Positions 26,834 to 35,821 of a DNA stretch of 64,000 nucleotides are shown here, in pieces. The translations under genes were made by a program, and so were the position numbers. Each line of letters starts with the position of its first letter. The stretch's first letter is position 1. The stretch spans positions 261,158 through 325,157 of the forward strand of contig CAVWMC010000003.1 in the NCBI GenBank assembly GCA_963756005.1. The letters run 5' to 3'. The notes under the pieces were generated by a model. That model worked only from the letters and a program-made list of their open reading frames with translations. It was not told where the DNA came from and did not search any database. Source of the stretch: an uncultured delta proteobacterium. GTDB taxonomy: Bacteria > Desulfobacterota > Binatia > Binatales > Binataceae.

Positions 26834-27424
26834 TTAGGTTGTCTTCGACATCAGTACGGTTTCGACGCCGCGCGAGTCGCGGCGGCGCACGACGATGCCT
26901 GAATCGTCGAGCTCGATTTCTTCCGCATCACCCATGCGCGGCTCGTAAATCCACAGATGCGGATCGTTACCGCGCTGGCGGCATGACTGCTTGCTGGTGG
27001 CGGCGACGAGGGTGTTCGGATCGATTGCGGCGATGCGCCCGGTCCATCGCGTCTGCCCGCGATCGCGAATGTGCGCGATCGTCAGCGCGCGGAAGATGAC
27101 GAGGTCGGCATCGACTTCGCCGTAGCGGCCGAGTTTGGTCGTAAGGTCATTGCGGCTGCCGCCGGTGCTGATGTTGCCGCGCAGGAAGCTGTCGATCGAT
27201 TCGTAACTGGCGTGGCGGGTGAACGGGCCGCGATTGTAGCTGGCGGTGACGCTGCGCACGAGGCCGGCGTCGTCGAGCCACGCTTCGACTTCGTACACAT
27301 TGGAGCCGCTGGCAGGACGGCGGCTGCCGTGAATCCTGCCCCATGCGAGCGTTTCAGTTTCGACCGCAAGCAACTCGCCGGCGCGGCGGATGTCGTAGCG
27401 GAACTCGCCGTCGGCGATCAGCAT
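26834..27424 (-). CDS. hypothetical protein
   Basis: 196-aa ORF with protein-like composition. The opposing ORF is Ala/Gly-rich antisense noise. No domain recognised. Confidence 0.45.
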   Translation of the reverse strand: MLIADGEFRYDIRRAGELLAVETETLAWGRIHGSRRPASGSNVYEVEAWLDDAGLVRSVTASYNRGPFTRHASYESIDSFLRGNISTGGSRNDLTTKLGRYGEVDADLVIFRALTIAHIRDRGQTRWTGRIAAIDPNTLVAATSKQSCRQRGNDPHLWIYEPRMGDAEEIELDDSGIVVRRRDSRGVETVLMSKTT

Positions 27425-27530
27425 GATCGAAAGCTAACCGCTCGGGTGGGGGCGGACAAGTTTGCCAGCGCCGGCGGATTTGGGCCATTGTGGCGGCTCG
27501 AAGACCCTACTTGCCGAGAGGAAACGCGGA

Positions 27531-28992
27531 ATGAACTGGCAGGAGTATTATCGAGCGCGCACGATTCCGGCGGATGAAGCGGCGGCGATGGTGAAGGCCG
27601 GGATGCGAGTGGATTTTCCGTTCGCGTCCGGAACTGTGATGCAGCGGGCGCTGGCGGCGCGGGGCAAGAATCTCGACGGCGTGGTGGATCTCAGGATGTC
27701 GTCGCCGTTGATCGACGCGGGCTGGCTGGGCGGAGACGTCGCCGCGCGGTTCCGGGTCGAGTTCGAGCTGTTCATCGGCAACGTTGGGCGGCCGGCGCAC
27801 GACCGGCAGCAGGCAACCTACCTGCCGAATTTATTTTCGACCAGCTTCAAGGCGCATGACGAGCGGCCGGCCGAAGACAAGCCGATCGATTTCACTTTCG
27901 TCAGTGTCACCAAACCCAACGCGAAGGGATTCGTAAGCTTCGGGCCGCATCAGTGGAACAAGCGGATGTATGCGCGGCGCGCGCGGCATGCAGATCGCGG
28001 AAGTCGATGCGACGATGACGCGGACCTACGGCGACGTGTACATGCACGTCTCGGAGTTCGAGTATTTCGTCGATGGCACGCCGCCGCCGCCCGACCTGGC
28101 GGTGATCGAGGCGGCGCTGGCGACGCTCGACGCCGAGAAGCGCGCGGGCCTCCGCGCGATCATCGCGGAAGTGGGCGTCGAGCGGATCTGGCCGCTGGTG
28201 CAGTACCTGCAACGGGTTGCGCTTTCCGATCTGCGCGTGTTGCTCGGAATTACGCCGCCGCCCGCGGAGTTCAAGGCGGTCGCCGGGCATTTGAGCGAAC
28301 TGATCGACGACGGCGTGACGATTCAGATTGGCGTCGGCGATCCCAGCTCGCAGATGCCGCGGATGGGCGCGTTCGACGGCAAGCATGACCTCGGGCTGCA
28401 TACCGAGATGTGTGCGCCGGGGATCGCGCGGCTGGTCGATGCGGGAGTAATCAACGGGCGGCGCAAGACGATCCATCGCGGCAAGGCGGTGGCGGTGGCG
28501 TGGTCGGGATCCGATCCCGACGATTTGAAAATAATCGACGACAACCCGGCCTTCGAGCTTTACGATCCCGAGTACACGCTCAAGCTCGCGACGGTCTCGG
28601 CGAATTACCGGCAGACGTCGATAAACAATGCGCTCGCGATCGATCTTACGGGACAGATCAACTCGGAGAGCGTGATCGGCGCGCGGATGATGAACGGGAC
28701 CGGGGGGCAGCCGGAGACTCATATCGGCGCGTTCCTATGCCCCGGCGGACGGGCGATCACGCTGCTGCAATCGACGGCGGTCGGCGGAGCGATATCGCGG
28801 ATCGTGCCGCAACTGGAAGCGGGGGCGCTGGTGACGATGCCGCGCTACTTCGCCGATACGGTGGTGACGGAATACGGAATCGCGCGGCTGCTCGGCAAGA
28901 ACCATCGCGAGCGGGCGGCGGAATTGATCGCGATAGCGCATCCGGACCATCGCGCGGAACTGCGGGAAGCGGCGAATCGGTTATTCGGGTAA
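27531..28992 (+). pseudogene. acetyl-CoA hydrolase/transferase family (4-hydroxybutyrate CoA-transferase-like) gene with an apparent frameshift
   Basis: N-terminal domain in the frame of 27462.. and the C-terminal domain (MTRTYGDVYMHVSEFEYFVDG ... GGQPETHIGA) in the frame of 27970..28992. The frames switch inside gcgcggcgcgcgcggc (~27985). Confidence 0.7.
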
Positions 28993-29272
28993 ATTTTTCC
29001 GATTTGCTTTGCCGAGATAACCTCTGCGGCCTTGTGATTAACTAAAGCCAACGAGAGCGGTGAATCGATCTGCGTGGCTGGGCATGTTCGGAAGGCGCAA
29101 GGATTTCACCGATTTAGGGCTGAATAGCACAATGTCGCGTCGCATACCCCAATAAGGCTTGACGTTTGACCGGAAATAGTCCAATAAGAGGGTCTATAGC
29201 GTAGGTCAGGTTTTATGATAGTCTGTTTGCCAGCCTAAGAATGGGTAGGCGCATTAAAGAGGAATTGAACGG

Positions 29273-29476
29273 ATGCCATCGTCAACGAAAGTCCTGACCG
29301 TAAATGAGTTGGCCGAGTATCTTCGAGTGCATCGCTCGACGATTTACCGCTTGCTCAAGAAGGGACAGCTGCCCGGTTTCAAGATCGGGAGCGACTGGCG
29401 CTTCAACGTCGAGGTGATCGACGAATGGCGCCTGCGCCAGGGGCCGGGCGTGCTGGAAGAAGAAGCGGCTGAGTAG
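29273..29476 (+). CDS. excisionase-family helix-turn-helix DNA-binding protein (67 aa)
   Basis: LTVNELAEYLRVHRSTIYRLLKKGQLPGFKIGSDWRF matches the TIGR01764/MerR-like excisionase HTH. AT-rich promoter-like region upstream. Confidence 0.75.
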   Translation: MPSSTKVLTVNELAEYLRVHRSTIYRLLKKGQLPGFKIGSDWRFNVEVIDEWRLRQGPGVLEEEAAE

Positions 29477-29684
29477 CTGACGCTGTTCAAACGCGACTCG
29501 GCGCTTCCGTCGAATTTTCAAGACGCCCGATTGAGCGCTGACCCAATCTCTGTCTCAAGTCACGTCGGTTTGTAATTTTCACCAGTTTTTTTCCGGACTC
29601 AGGCGGGCGCTCAATTTTACCAAGTTGTCGCGCGCACTCGTCCGCGGCTAAACTGCGACTTCGCGCTCGTAATCGCGCAGAGTC

Positions 29685-30878
29685 ATGCCGACTGATATTT
29701 CCGCCAAGACCCGACTGTTCACCGAATCCGTAATCCGCGAGATGACGCGGCGGGCGCTCAAGTGCGGGGCGGTGAACCTGGCGCAAGGGTTTCCGGATTT
29801 TGCGGCGCCCGCGGAGATCAAGGAAGCGGCCAAGCGCGCGATCGACGAGGAATACAACCAGTACGCGATCACGCATGGATCGCCGAACTTCCGGCGCGCA
29901 ATCGCGGACAAGGTCCGCAGCTACAACGGCATCGCATGCGACCCCGATCGCAACATCACGGTGACCTGCGGCGCGACCGAGGCGATGATCGCGACGATGC
30001 TGGCGGTGATCAATCCGGGCGACGAGGTGATCATCTTCGAGCCGTTTTACGAGAACTACGGGCCCGACGTGATCCTGGCCGGGGCGACGCCGCGCTACGT
30101 GGCGCTGCGCGATCCGGATTTTTCGATCGATCGCGCGGAGCTGGAAGCGGCGTTCGGGCCGCGGACCAAGGCGATCGTGATCAACACGCCGCACAATCCG
30201 AGCGGCAAGGTGTTCACGCGCGCCGAGCTCGAAACGATCGCCGCGCTATGCCAGCGGCACGACACGCTGGCGATCACGGACGAAATTTACGAGCACATCA
30301 TTTACGGCGGTGCGCGGCACGTCTCGATCGCGAGCATGCCGGAGATGGCGGAGCGGACGGTGACGATTAGCGGGCTGTCGAAGACCTATTCGATCACGGG
30401 ATGGCGGCTGGCGTACGCGATCGCGAGCGAACGGCTGACGGCGGCGATTCGCAAGGTGCATGATTTCCTGACGGTCGGCGCGCCGCATCCACTGCAGGAA
30501 GCCGGCGCGGTCGCGCTGCGATTGCCGGAGTCGTTTTACGCGGAACTGACCGCGATGTACGAGCGCAAGCGCGGCGCGCTGTACGCGGCGCTGACGCGGG
30601 CGGGCCTCAAATGCAGCAATCCGGACGGCGCTTACTACATCGTGGCGGAGATTGGGGGTTTAGGATTCAAGGACGACTTTGCGGCGGCGGATTTTCTGCT
30701 GGACGAGGTGGGCGTCGCGGCGGTGCCGGGTTCGAGCTTTTACCATCGCGCCGAATTGGGGCATCGGAAGATTCGATTTACGTTCTCGAAGAGTGACGAG
30801 ACGATCGCGGCGGCGGCCGAGCGGCTGGGGCATTTGCAGGAAAAGTTGGCGGCGCGGGTGAAGCGCGAATCGCGGTAG
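29685..30878 (+). CDS. pyridoxal-phosphate-dependent aminotransferase, class I/II (YbdL/kynurenine aminotransferase-like)
   Basis: NLAQGFPDF, NPSGKVF and SKTYSITGWRLAY (PLP-Lys) motifs. Confidence 0.9.
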   Translation: MPTDISAKTRLFTESVIREMTRRALKCGAVNLAQGFPDFAAPAEIKEAAKRAIDEEYNQYAITHGSPNFRRAIADKVRSYNGIACDPDRNITVTCGATEAMIATMLAVINPGDEVIIFEPFYENYGPDVILAGATPRYVALRDPDFSIDRAELEAAFGPRTKAIVINTPHNPSGKVFTRAELETIAALCQRHDTLAITDEIYEHIIYGGARHVSIASMPEMAERTVTISGLSKTYSITGWRLAYAIASERLTAAIRKVHDFLTVGAPHPLQEAGAVALRLPESFYAELTAMYERKRGALYAALTRAGLKCSNPDGAYYIVAEIGGLGFKDDFAAADFLLDEVGVAAVPGSSFYHRAELGHRKIRFTFSKSDETIAAAAERLGHLQEKLAARVKRESR

Positions 30879-30889
30879 GGGATCGGACC

Positions 30890-31088
30890 GCTGCGCGATT
30901 TCAGAGACCGGAACCGGCTTCGCGTGCGCGAAGCTGTCCGAGATCCTTCCTGCCGCTCGCGATGCTCGCTCTGTCAGGATGACACACGCGCTCGCGCTTC
31001 TGCTTCGTCAGGATGACACACAGACGCTCGCGCTTCTGGTTCGTCAGGGTGACACGCATACGCTCGCGCTGCTGCTTGGTCAGGATTA
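30890..31088. repeat. intergenic repeat family C, copy 2, with 3.5 tandem ~37-bp units
   Basis: 57-bp core shared with 3961..4119, followed by tandem CGTCAGGATGACACAC(G)CGCTCGCGCTTCTGCTT units. Confidence 0.8.
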
Positions 31089-31107
31089 GAGAGAGGGCGC
31101 CGGAACT

Positions 31108-31506
31108 TCAGGCGGATTTTTTGCCGCCCTGGATTGTGCGGAGGCGCGGGCGTTCGATGCCGCCTGAGAGATAGACCAGCACGGTCCATGCGCTGCGCGT
31201 CAGCGGGTAGCAGAGCAGCACGCTGCCGCATGAGATGGCGCACAGAATAAAAATCTGGACGGGATCGGAGAGGTGGGTGGCGAACGCGAGAATCGCCCAG
31301 CAGACCAGGAACGAGGCGGCGGCCACTGCGAAGTCGAGATACATCGCGCCGAGCGTCTCGCCGGGATCTTTCCAGAACACGACGTGGCATCGCGGGCATT
31401 CGCGATTCATTTTGAAGTGCGACTGGAAGATCGCGCCGTTGCGGCACACCGGGCATCGGCAGTTAAGCGCGCATTTGATCAGCGCAGATGCGGAATCGTT
31501 CGCCAC
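31108..31506 (-). CDS. DUF983 family protein (zinc ribbon plus transmembrane helices)
   Basis: CPVCRNG..CPRCH zinc ribbon followed by two TM helices. Confidence 0.7.
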   Translation of the reverse strand: MANDSASALIKCALNCRCPVCRNGAIFQSHFKMNRECPRCHVVFWKDPGETLGAMYLDFAVAAASFLVCWAILAFATHLSDPVQIFILCAISCGSVLLCYPLTRSAWTVLVYLSGGIERPRLRTIQGGKKSA

Positions 31507-31562
31507 GATCTTGATATTACTCCGCGGCGCGCATGAGGCCAGCGACGATCTTTACGAAAGCG

Positions 31563-32504
31563 TCAGATGCTCCAGTTAAAGCCGACCTCGGGACCGAACA
31601 ACTGCACGCGCAGCAAATTGCCGACGCCCGACGAAGTCTGCGTGTACTTGGTGTAGTTGTAGTTGAAGCCGGCGAACGGGGCGAAGCCGCGCCAGTTGGG
31701 GCTCGCGTAGAGGACGCGCCAATGAGTCTCGAAGCCGGACTGCGAGTCGTAAACCGTGCCGCCCTCGCTGCGGCCGGAGTCCCACTTGTTGGCCCAGTAG
31801 CCCTGCCCGGTTATCTCGACGGCGAAGTTGTAACCAAGCTGATGACGCTCTTCGAGTCCGATCACCGGTATCGGCAAGCCCTTATCGTGGAAACGGATGC
31901 GAGCCTCGTACTGCGAGAACTGGCTGAAAAGCGGTGAGCCGTCATTGATTCGAAAATCGTTGTAGGTGAATTCGAGTCCGATCTTTGCGCGCGAATCCCA
32001 TCCCTGGAGAAACTCCGGCAGGTTAGCTTCGTAGTCCTGGTAGAGCGGTGTCAGGCGGCGCTCGTAGTATCCGCCGAACGTGTACCATCGCGTGCCGCCG
32101 GGATTCAGCTTCTGATTCGGTGAGATGATGGTGCCGCCGAATGCCAGCGGCTGAGATTCGAATTTGCTGCCGTAGATGCCGTAGTACCTGAATTGAAACT
32201 GCACCGCGTTGACGCTGTCGAACCAATAGCTGAGCAGCGTCTCGGTCAACTGCAACTGCGAGACGCCGAGGTCGTGCTGCAGACTGATGGCGCTGTCGGG
32301 AAACGAGTTGATGCGGCGGCGCAGCGTGTTGGAGCCGACCGTGAACATGTAGGCGTCGTCGGCTTCGATGTCGATTTGATGCGGCGCGGGCGTAAGCAAA
32401 TCGTAGCCCGGGTCGCGCAGGGAGAAGAAGTCGTCGGCAAAGCAGTTCGCGCTGAACAGCAGCGTGGTGACGACTATAGCCATAGCCAGCCTGACTGTAC
32501 GCAT
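31563..32504 (-). CDS. outer-membrane beta-barrel protein, hypothetical
   Basis: Signal peptide, alternating aromatic/hydrophilic beta-strand pattern, C-terminal GFNWSI. Confidence 0.65.
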   Translation of the reverse strand: MRTVRLAMAIVVTTLLFSANCFADDFFSLRDPGYDLLTPAPHQIDIEADDAYMFTVGSNTLRRRINSFPDSAISLQHDLGVSQLQLTETLLSYWFDSVNAVQFQFRYYGIYGSKFESQPLAFGGTIISPNQKLNPGGTRWYTFGGYYERRLTPLYQDYEANLPEFLQGWDSRAKIGLEFTYNDFRINDGSPLFSQFSQYEARIRFHDKGLPIPVIGLEERHQLGYNFAVEITGQGYWANKWDSGRSEGGTVYDSQSGFETHWRVLYASPNWRGFAPFAGFNYNYTKYTQTSSGVGNLLRVQLFGPEVGFNWSI

Positions 32505-32549
32505 AGGGCGCGATGCTGGCCTAATGGCGACCCAATTTCAAGACACGTT

Positions 32550-33098
32550 CTATTTGGCGTTGGCGGACTTTGCTTTCTCGTCGAGCTGGGGCGCAGGAGT
32601 GCCGGGTGCGGACTGGAATCCGTCGGCGAGATCGCGCGTCGGGGAAATTCGGATGACGACGATTTGGCCGCGATCGAGCTTGGCGCGCGACGGACGCGCA
32701 AAGCCGATTCGGGCGAGCAGGTATTTCCTGGGATATTCGGCGATCACCTCGTCCTGCAGCTTCTTGTCGGTGACAATTTCCGCCTTGCCGATAAACGCGG
32801 GGCCGGTGCGCGTGCCGATCCAGATCATCGCGGGGCTGCCGCGCTTGATGCGCTTGGCCTTCCAACTGGTCGGCGAGGTTTCGATGAGAATCTGCTTGTC
32901 GGCGGTGGTGATGAACCAGACGGGTGCGGCTTTGCTTTGGTTGCCGTCTTTGCGGACCGTCGCAATATAGATGTAGGTGGCTTTGGCGAGAGCGTCGGCG
33001 TCGCGCGATGAGGTGGCGGCAATCGCGGGCGCGGCGATAGCGGCGAGGAATGCGGCGGCGGCGAGGAGCTGAGTCAGGTTGGCAGTGGAAATTTTCAT
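32550..33098 (-). CDS. pyridoxamine 5'-phosphate oxidase family (FMN-binding split barrel) protein with signal peptide
   Basis: YIATVRKDGNQSKAAPVWF split-barrel motif. Confidence 0.65.
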   Translation of the reverse strand: MKISTANLTQLLAAAAFLAAIAAPAIAATSSRDADALAKATYIYIATVRKDGNQSKAAPVWFITTADKQILIETSPTSWKAKRIKRGSPAMIWIGTRTGPAFIGKAEIVTDKKLQDEVIAEYPRKYLLARIGFARPSRAKLDRGQIVVIRISPTRDLADGFQSAPGTPAPQLDEKAKSANAK

Positions 33099-33119
33099 GA
33101 GCTGCTCCATCGTCAATTT

Positions 33120-35705
33120 TCAATCGCCGAGATAGCGGCGCCGCACGAAGACTTCACCCAGGAACAGCATGATTACAAGCGGAATCAGCCACCGGTCGGC
33201 GCTGCGGCGAAACGCCACGGTCTGGCCGGTGTGGCGGGCGATGATCGCGGGCGTCGCGTCGAAGGCGCCGTGGGTCGCGGCCGACAGGCGTCGCAACAAT
33301 TCGAGATTGGGCGGCTTGATGCGCAACTCGGCGCTGTCGGCGGGAATCGAGCCGGCGGTCGCGAATTCGCGCTGCTCGATGACCTTCTCCGAATCGCCAG
33401 CCTTGAACATCAGCGTGGCGACGTACTTGCCGCGCGGCAGCGGTCCAACTTCGCCGCGGTAGATCGAAGCGCCGGCCTCGGTCATCGCAACGTCGATGGC
33501 GCGGCCGGGGCCGGTGATTCGGCAGACCAGGTTGCTCACCGGATCGGGATCGGCCTTTTCCGCCTCGACCGCGATCGAGCCGTCAGGCGCGCTGTGAACC
33601 CGCGTGGTGAAGGCGCCGGAGTCGCCCTGGCGCATCGTCCAGTTCGCGAGCTGCGACCAGAATTCGACGTAGCGGTTCCATCGAATCCAGCTGAGCGTCG
33701 CCAGTGAATCGGGATCGCCGGCGAAAATCGCGGCGCGGCCGAGGCCGTATTGCCACGACGCGAGCAACGGCGCGGTCTTGTCGGCGCGTTCGACCTTGAG
33801 CGTTACTTGCGCGCCGTCCTTGGCCTCGGTCGCGGCAAAAAAATCGATCGGCGGAATGTCCTTGATGCCGATACCGGAGAGCATTGCCGACGGCTCGCCG
33901 GCCTCGACCGTGGTGCGGTCGGACTTGCGCCGGTTCATCGCCTCGCGCGTCAGGCCGACCAGCAGCAGCGGCAGCTTCTCGATATCCTGCACGCGATAGA
34001 AGATACCGCCGGTCGCGTTGGCGAAGTCCTGCAGCAGCTCGAGGTTGGCGAGGTCGGGGCCGATGCGGATGGTCGAGACGGGGATGTGCTGACGCGCGAA
34101 TTCGGCGATCAGATCGTCGTGGTCGTGATACTGGCGATTGGTGTCGCCGTCGGTCAGCAGGATCACCTGGCGCACCGGGATGTTGCTCTGCAGAATCTCG
34201 CGTTCGGCGATTTCGAGCGCGTCCTTGAAGTCGGTGCCGCCGCCCGGCTGGAGGCGGTCGATGCGGTTTTCGAGCTCGGTGCGATCGTCGCCGAGTTGCT
34301 GCAGATGCGCGAGCACATACGGCTGCGAATCGAACGCGATCACGCCGGCGAAGTCAGTGTCGTCGAGCTGGCGCAGAAGTGCGATGGCGGCTTGCTTGGC
34401 GTAGCGAATGCGCTCGCCGTCGCGGACCGCCGGATAGCGCGAGTCGTAGCTCATCGAGTTCGAGCGATCGATGCACAGATAAACCGCGATCGGTTCGCGC
34501 GACGGCGGCGGCGGCTGCGGCACGAACTTCACCGGCAGCGCTTTTTCGAGATCGCCGCCGGCCAGGCTCTCTTCGCGCAAGGTGTCTCCGGTGGCGACCA
34601 GTCCGCCGCCGTAGTCGGCGACGTAGCGATTGAGCGCGTGTTGCGAGGCGGGCGTCAGCGAGCCCGCGGGCACGTCGTCGAGAATCACGAGCTGGTACGG
34701 CAGGTAGTCGGCCGGATGCTCGCTCAGGCTGCGCGGCGAGACGAAATCGATTTTGTAGTTGCGCAGCTTGAGCGCGGTGACGAGGCTTTCCGGCATCGAG
34801 TTCGAGACGATCAGAATCCGCGGCGCGCCGGTCACCGAAATCGGGGCCTCGACGCGGGTGTTGAGCGCGACGCGCGGAGGCGCAATCGAGACTTCCGCGC
34901 TCATCAGGTACGCGCCCGGTTGTTCGAGGCGATAGGGCAGCTCGAAGTCGTTCATGCCGGGCTTGAGCACGATCGATTCGCCGCCGACGGCAGTGTCGTC
35001 GCGGTAAAGCTTGAGGGTGGCGGCAACCGGCGACTGCGATTCACTTTCGACGCCGATTCTGAAGGCAAAGCGCTGATCGGAGCGCACCGTATCGGGAGAA
35101 TAAAAGTTGGTGACCGCGATTCGTTCGGTCGCCGACGGCGGCGGCGCGGCGGCGAAGATTCGCACGCCGTCCTCGAGCATCGCCGGCACCTCGGTCATCG
35201 CGGAGTCCTCGGTTTCGTTGCCGTCGCTCAGCAACACGATTCGCTTGTCGGCTTCGGGCGCGAACAGGCTCTCGGCCGCGGTCAGCGCGCTCGCGATATT
35301 GGTCGCGCCACCGTCGATGCCGTCGCCGAAATTGCCGAGCAGGCGGGGATCGGTCAGCGGCGCGAGCAGCCGCGCGTCGCGGCCGAAGCCGACAATCCCA
35401 AGCTGGTCGTTCGGCGCCATCGCGGTTTTCAAATTTGCGATCTGACGGCGCATCCAATCCTGTTGATCAGGCGAGACCGAGCGCGATTCGTCCATAACCG
35501 CGACTACCGCAACGCTTTGCGCGGCGATACGACCCGGAATGCGCAAGCCCGCGAGCATCGCGACCAGCGCCACGACGCACAGCGCGCGGAGTGTCGCCGA
35601 CGCGGCGCCCGCGGCTCGCAGTCCACTGCGCATCGCGAGAATTCCCGGCGTCGCGGCAAGCGGCGCCAGCACGAGCAGCCACAGCAGATGCGGCCGATCA
35701 AACAT
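33120..35705 (-). CDS. BatB-like tandem-vWA membrane protein
   Basis: Bat N-terminal TM domain, two vWA MIDAS regions (VMDESRS..., LCIDRSNSMS...LTDGDTN), C-terminal TM. Last gene of the MoxR operon. Confidence 0.85.
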   Translation of the reverse strand: MFDRPHLLWLLVLAPLAATPGILAMRSGLRAAGAASATLRALCVVALVAMLAGLRIPGRIAAQSVAVVAVMDESRSVSPDQQDWMRRQIANLKTAMAPNDQLGIVGFGRDARLLAPLTDPRLLGNFGDGIDGGATNIASALTAAESLFAPEADKRIVLLSDGNETEDSAMTEVPAMLEDGVRIFAAAPPPSATERIAVTNFYSPDTVRSDQRFAFRIGVESESQSPVAATLKLYRDDTAVGGESIVLKPGMNDFELPYRLEQPGAYLMSAEVSIAPPRVALNTRVEAPISVTGAPRILIVSNSMPESLVTALKLRNYKIDFVSPRSLSEHPADYLPYQLVILDDVPAGSLTPASQHALNRYVADYGGGLVATGDTLREESLAGGDLEKALPVKFVPQPPPPSREPIAVYLCIDRSNSMSYDSRYPAVRDGERIRYAKQAAIALLRQLDDTDFAGVIAFDSQPYVLAHLQQLGDDRTELENRIDRLQPGGGTDFKDALEIAEREILQSNIPVRQVILLTDGDTNRQYHDHDDLIAEFARQHIPVSTIRIGPDLANLELLQDFANATGGIFYRVQDIEKLPLLLVGLTREAMNRRKSDRTTVEAGEPSAMLSGIGIKDIPPIDFFAATEAKDGAQVTLKVERADKTAPLLASWQYGLGRAAIFAGDPDSLATLSWIRWNRYVEFWSQLANWTMRQGDSGAFTTRVHSAPDGSIAVEAEKADPDPVSNLVCRITGPGRAIDVAMTEAGASIYRGEVGPLPRGKYVATLMFKAGDSEKVIEQREFATAGSIPADSAELRIKPPNLELLRRLSAATHGAFDATPAIIARHTGQTVAFRRSADRWLIPLVIMLFLGEVFVRRRYLGD

Positions 35706-35821
35706 GACGCATCCCCCAGCGGCCGGCGTGGCCAATCAGCATCGCGGATTCAACCATCAGCGCGAGCAACGCCAGCGCGATCAAAACGAAAACCAACGGC
35801 TGCACTTGCCGCGCGGATTGA

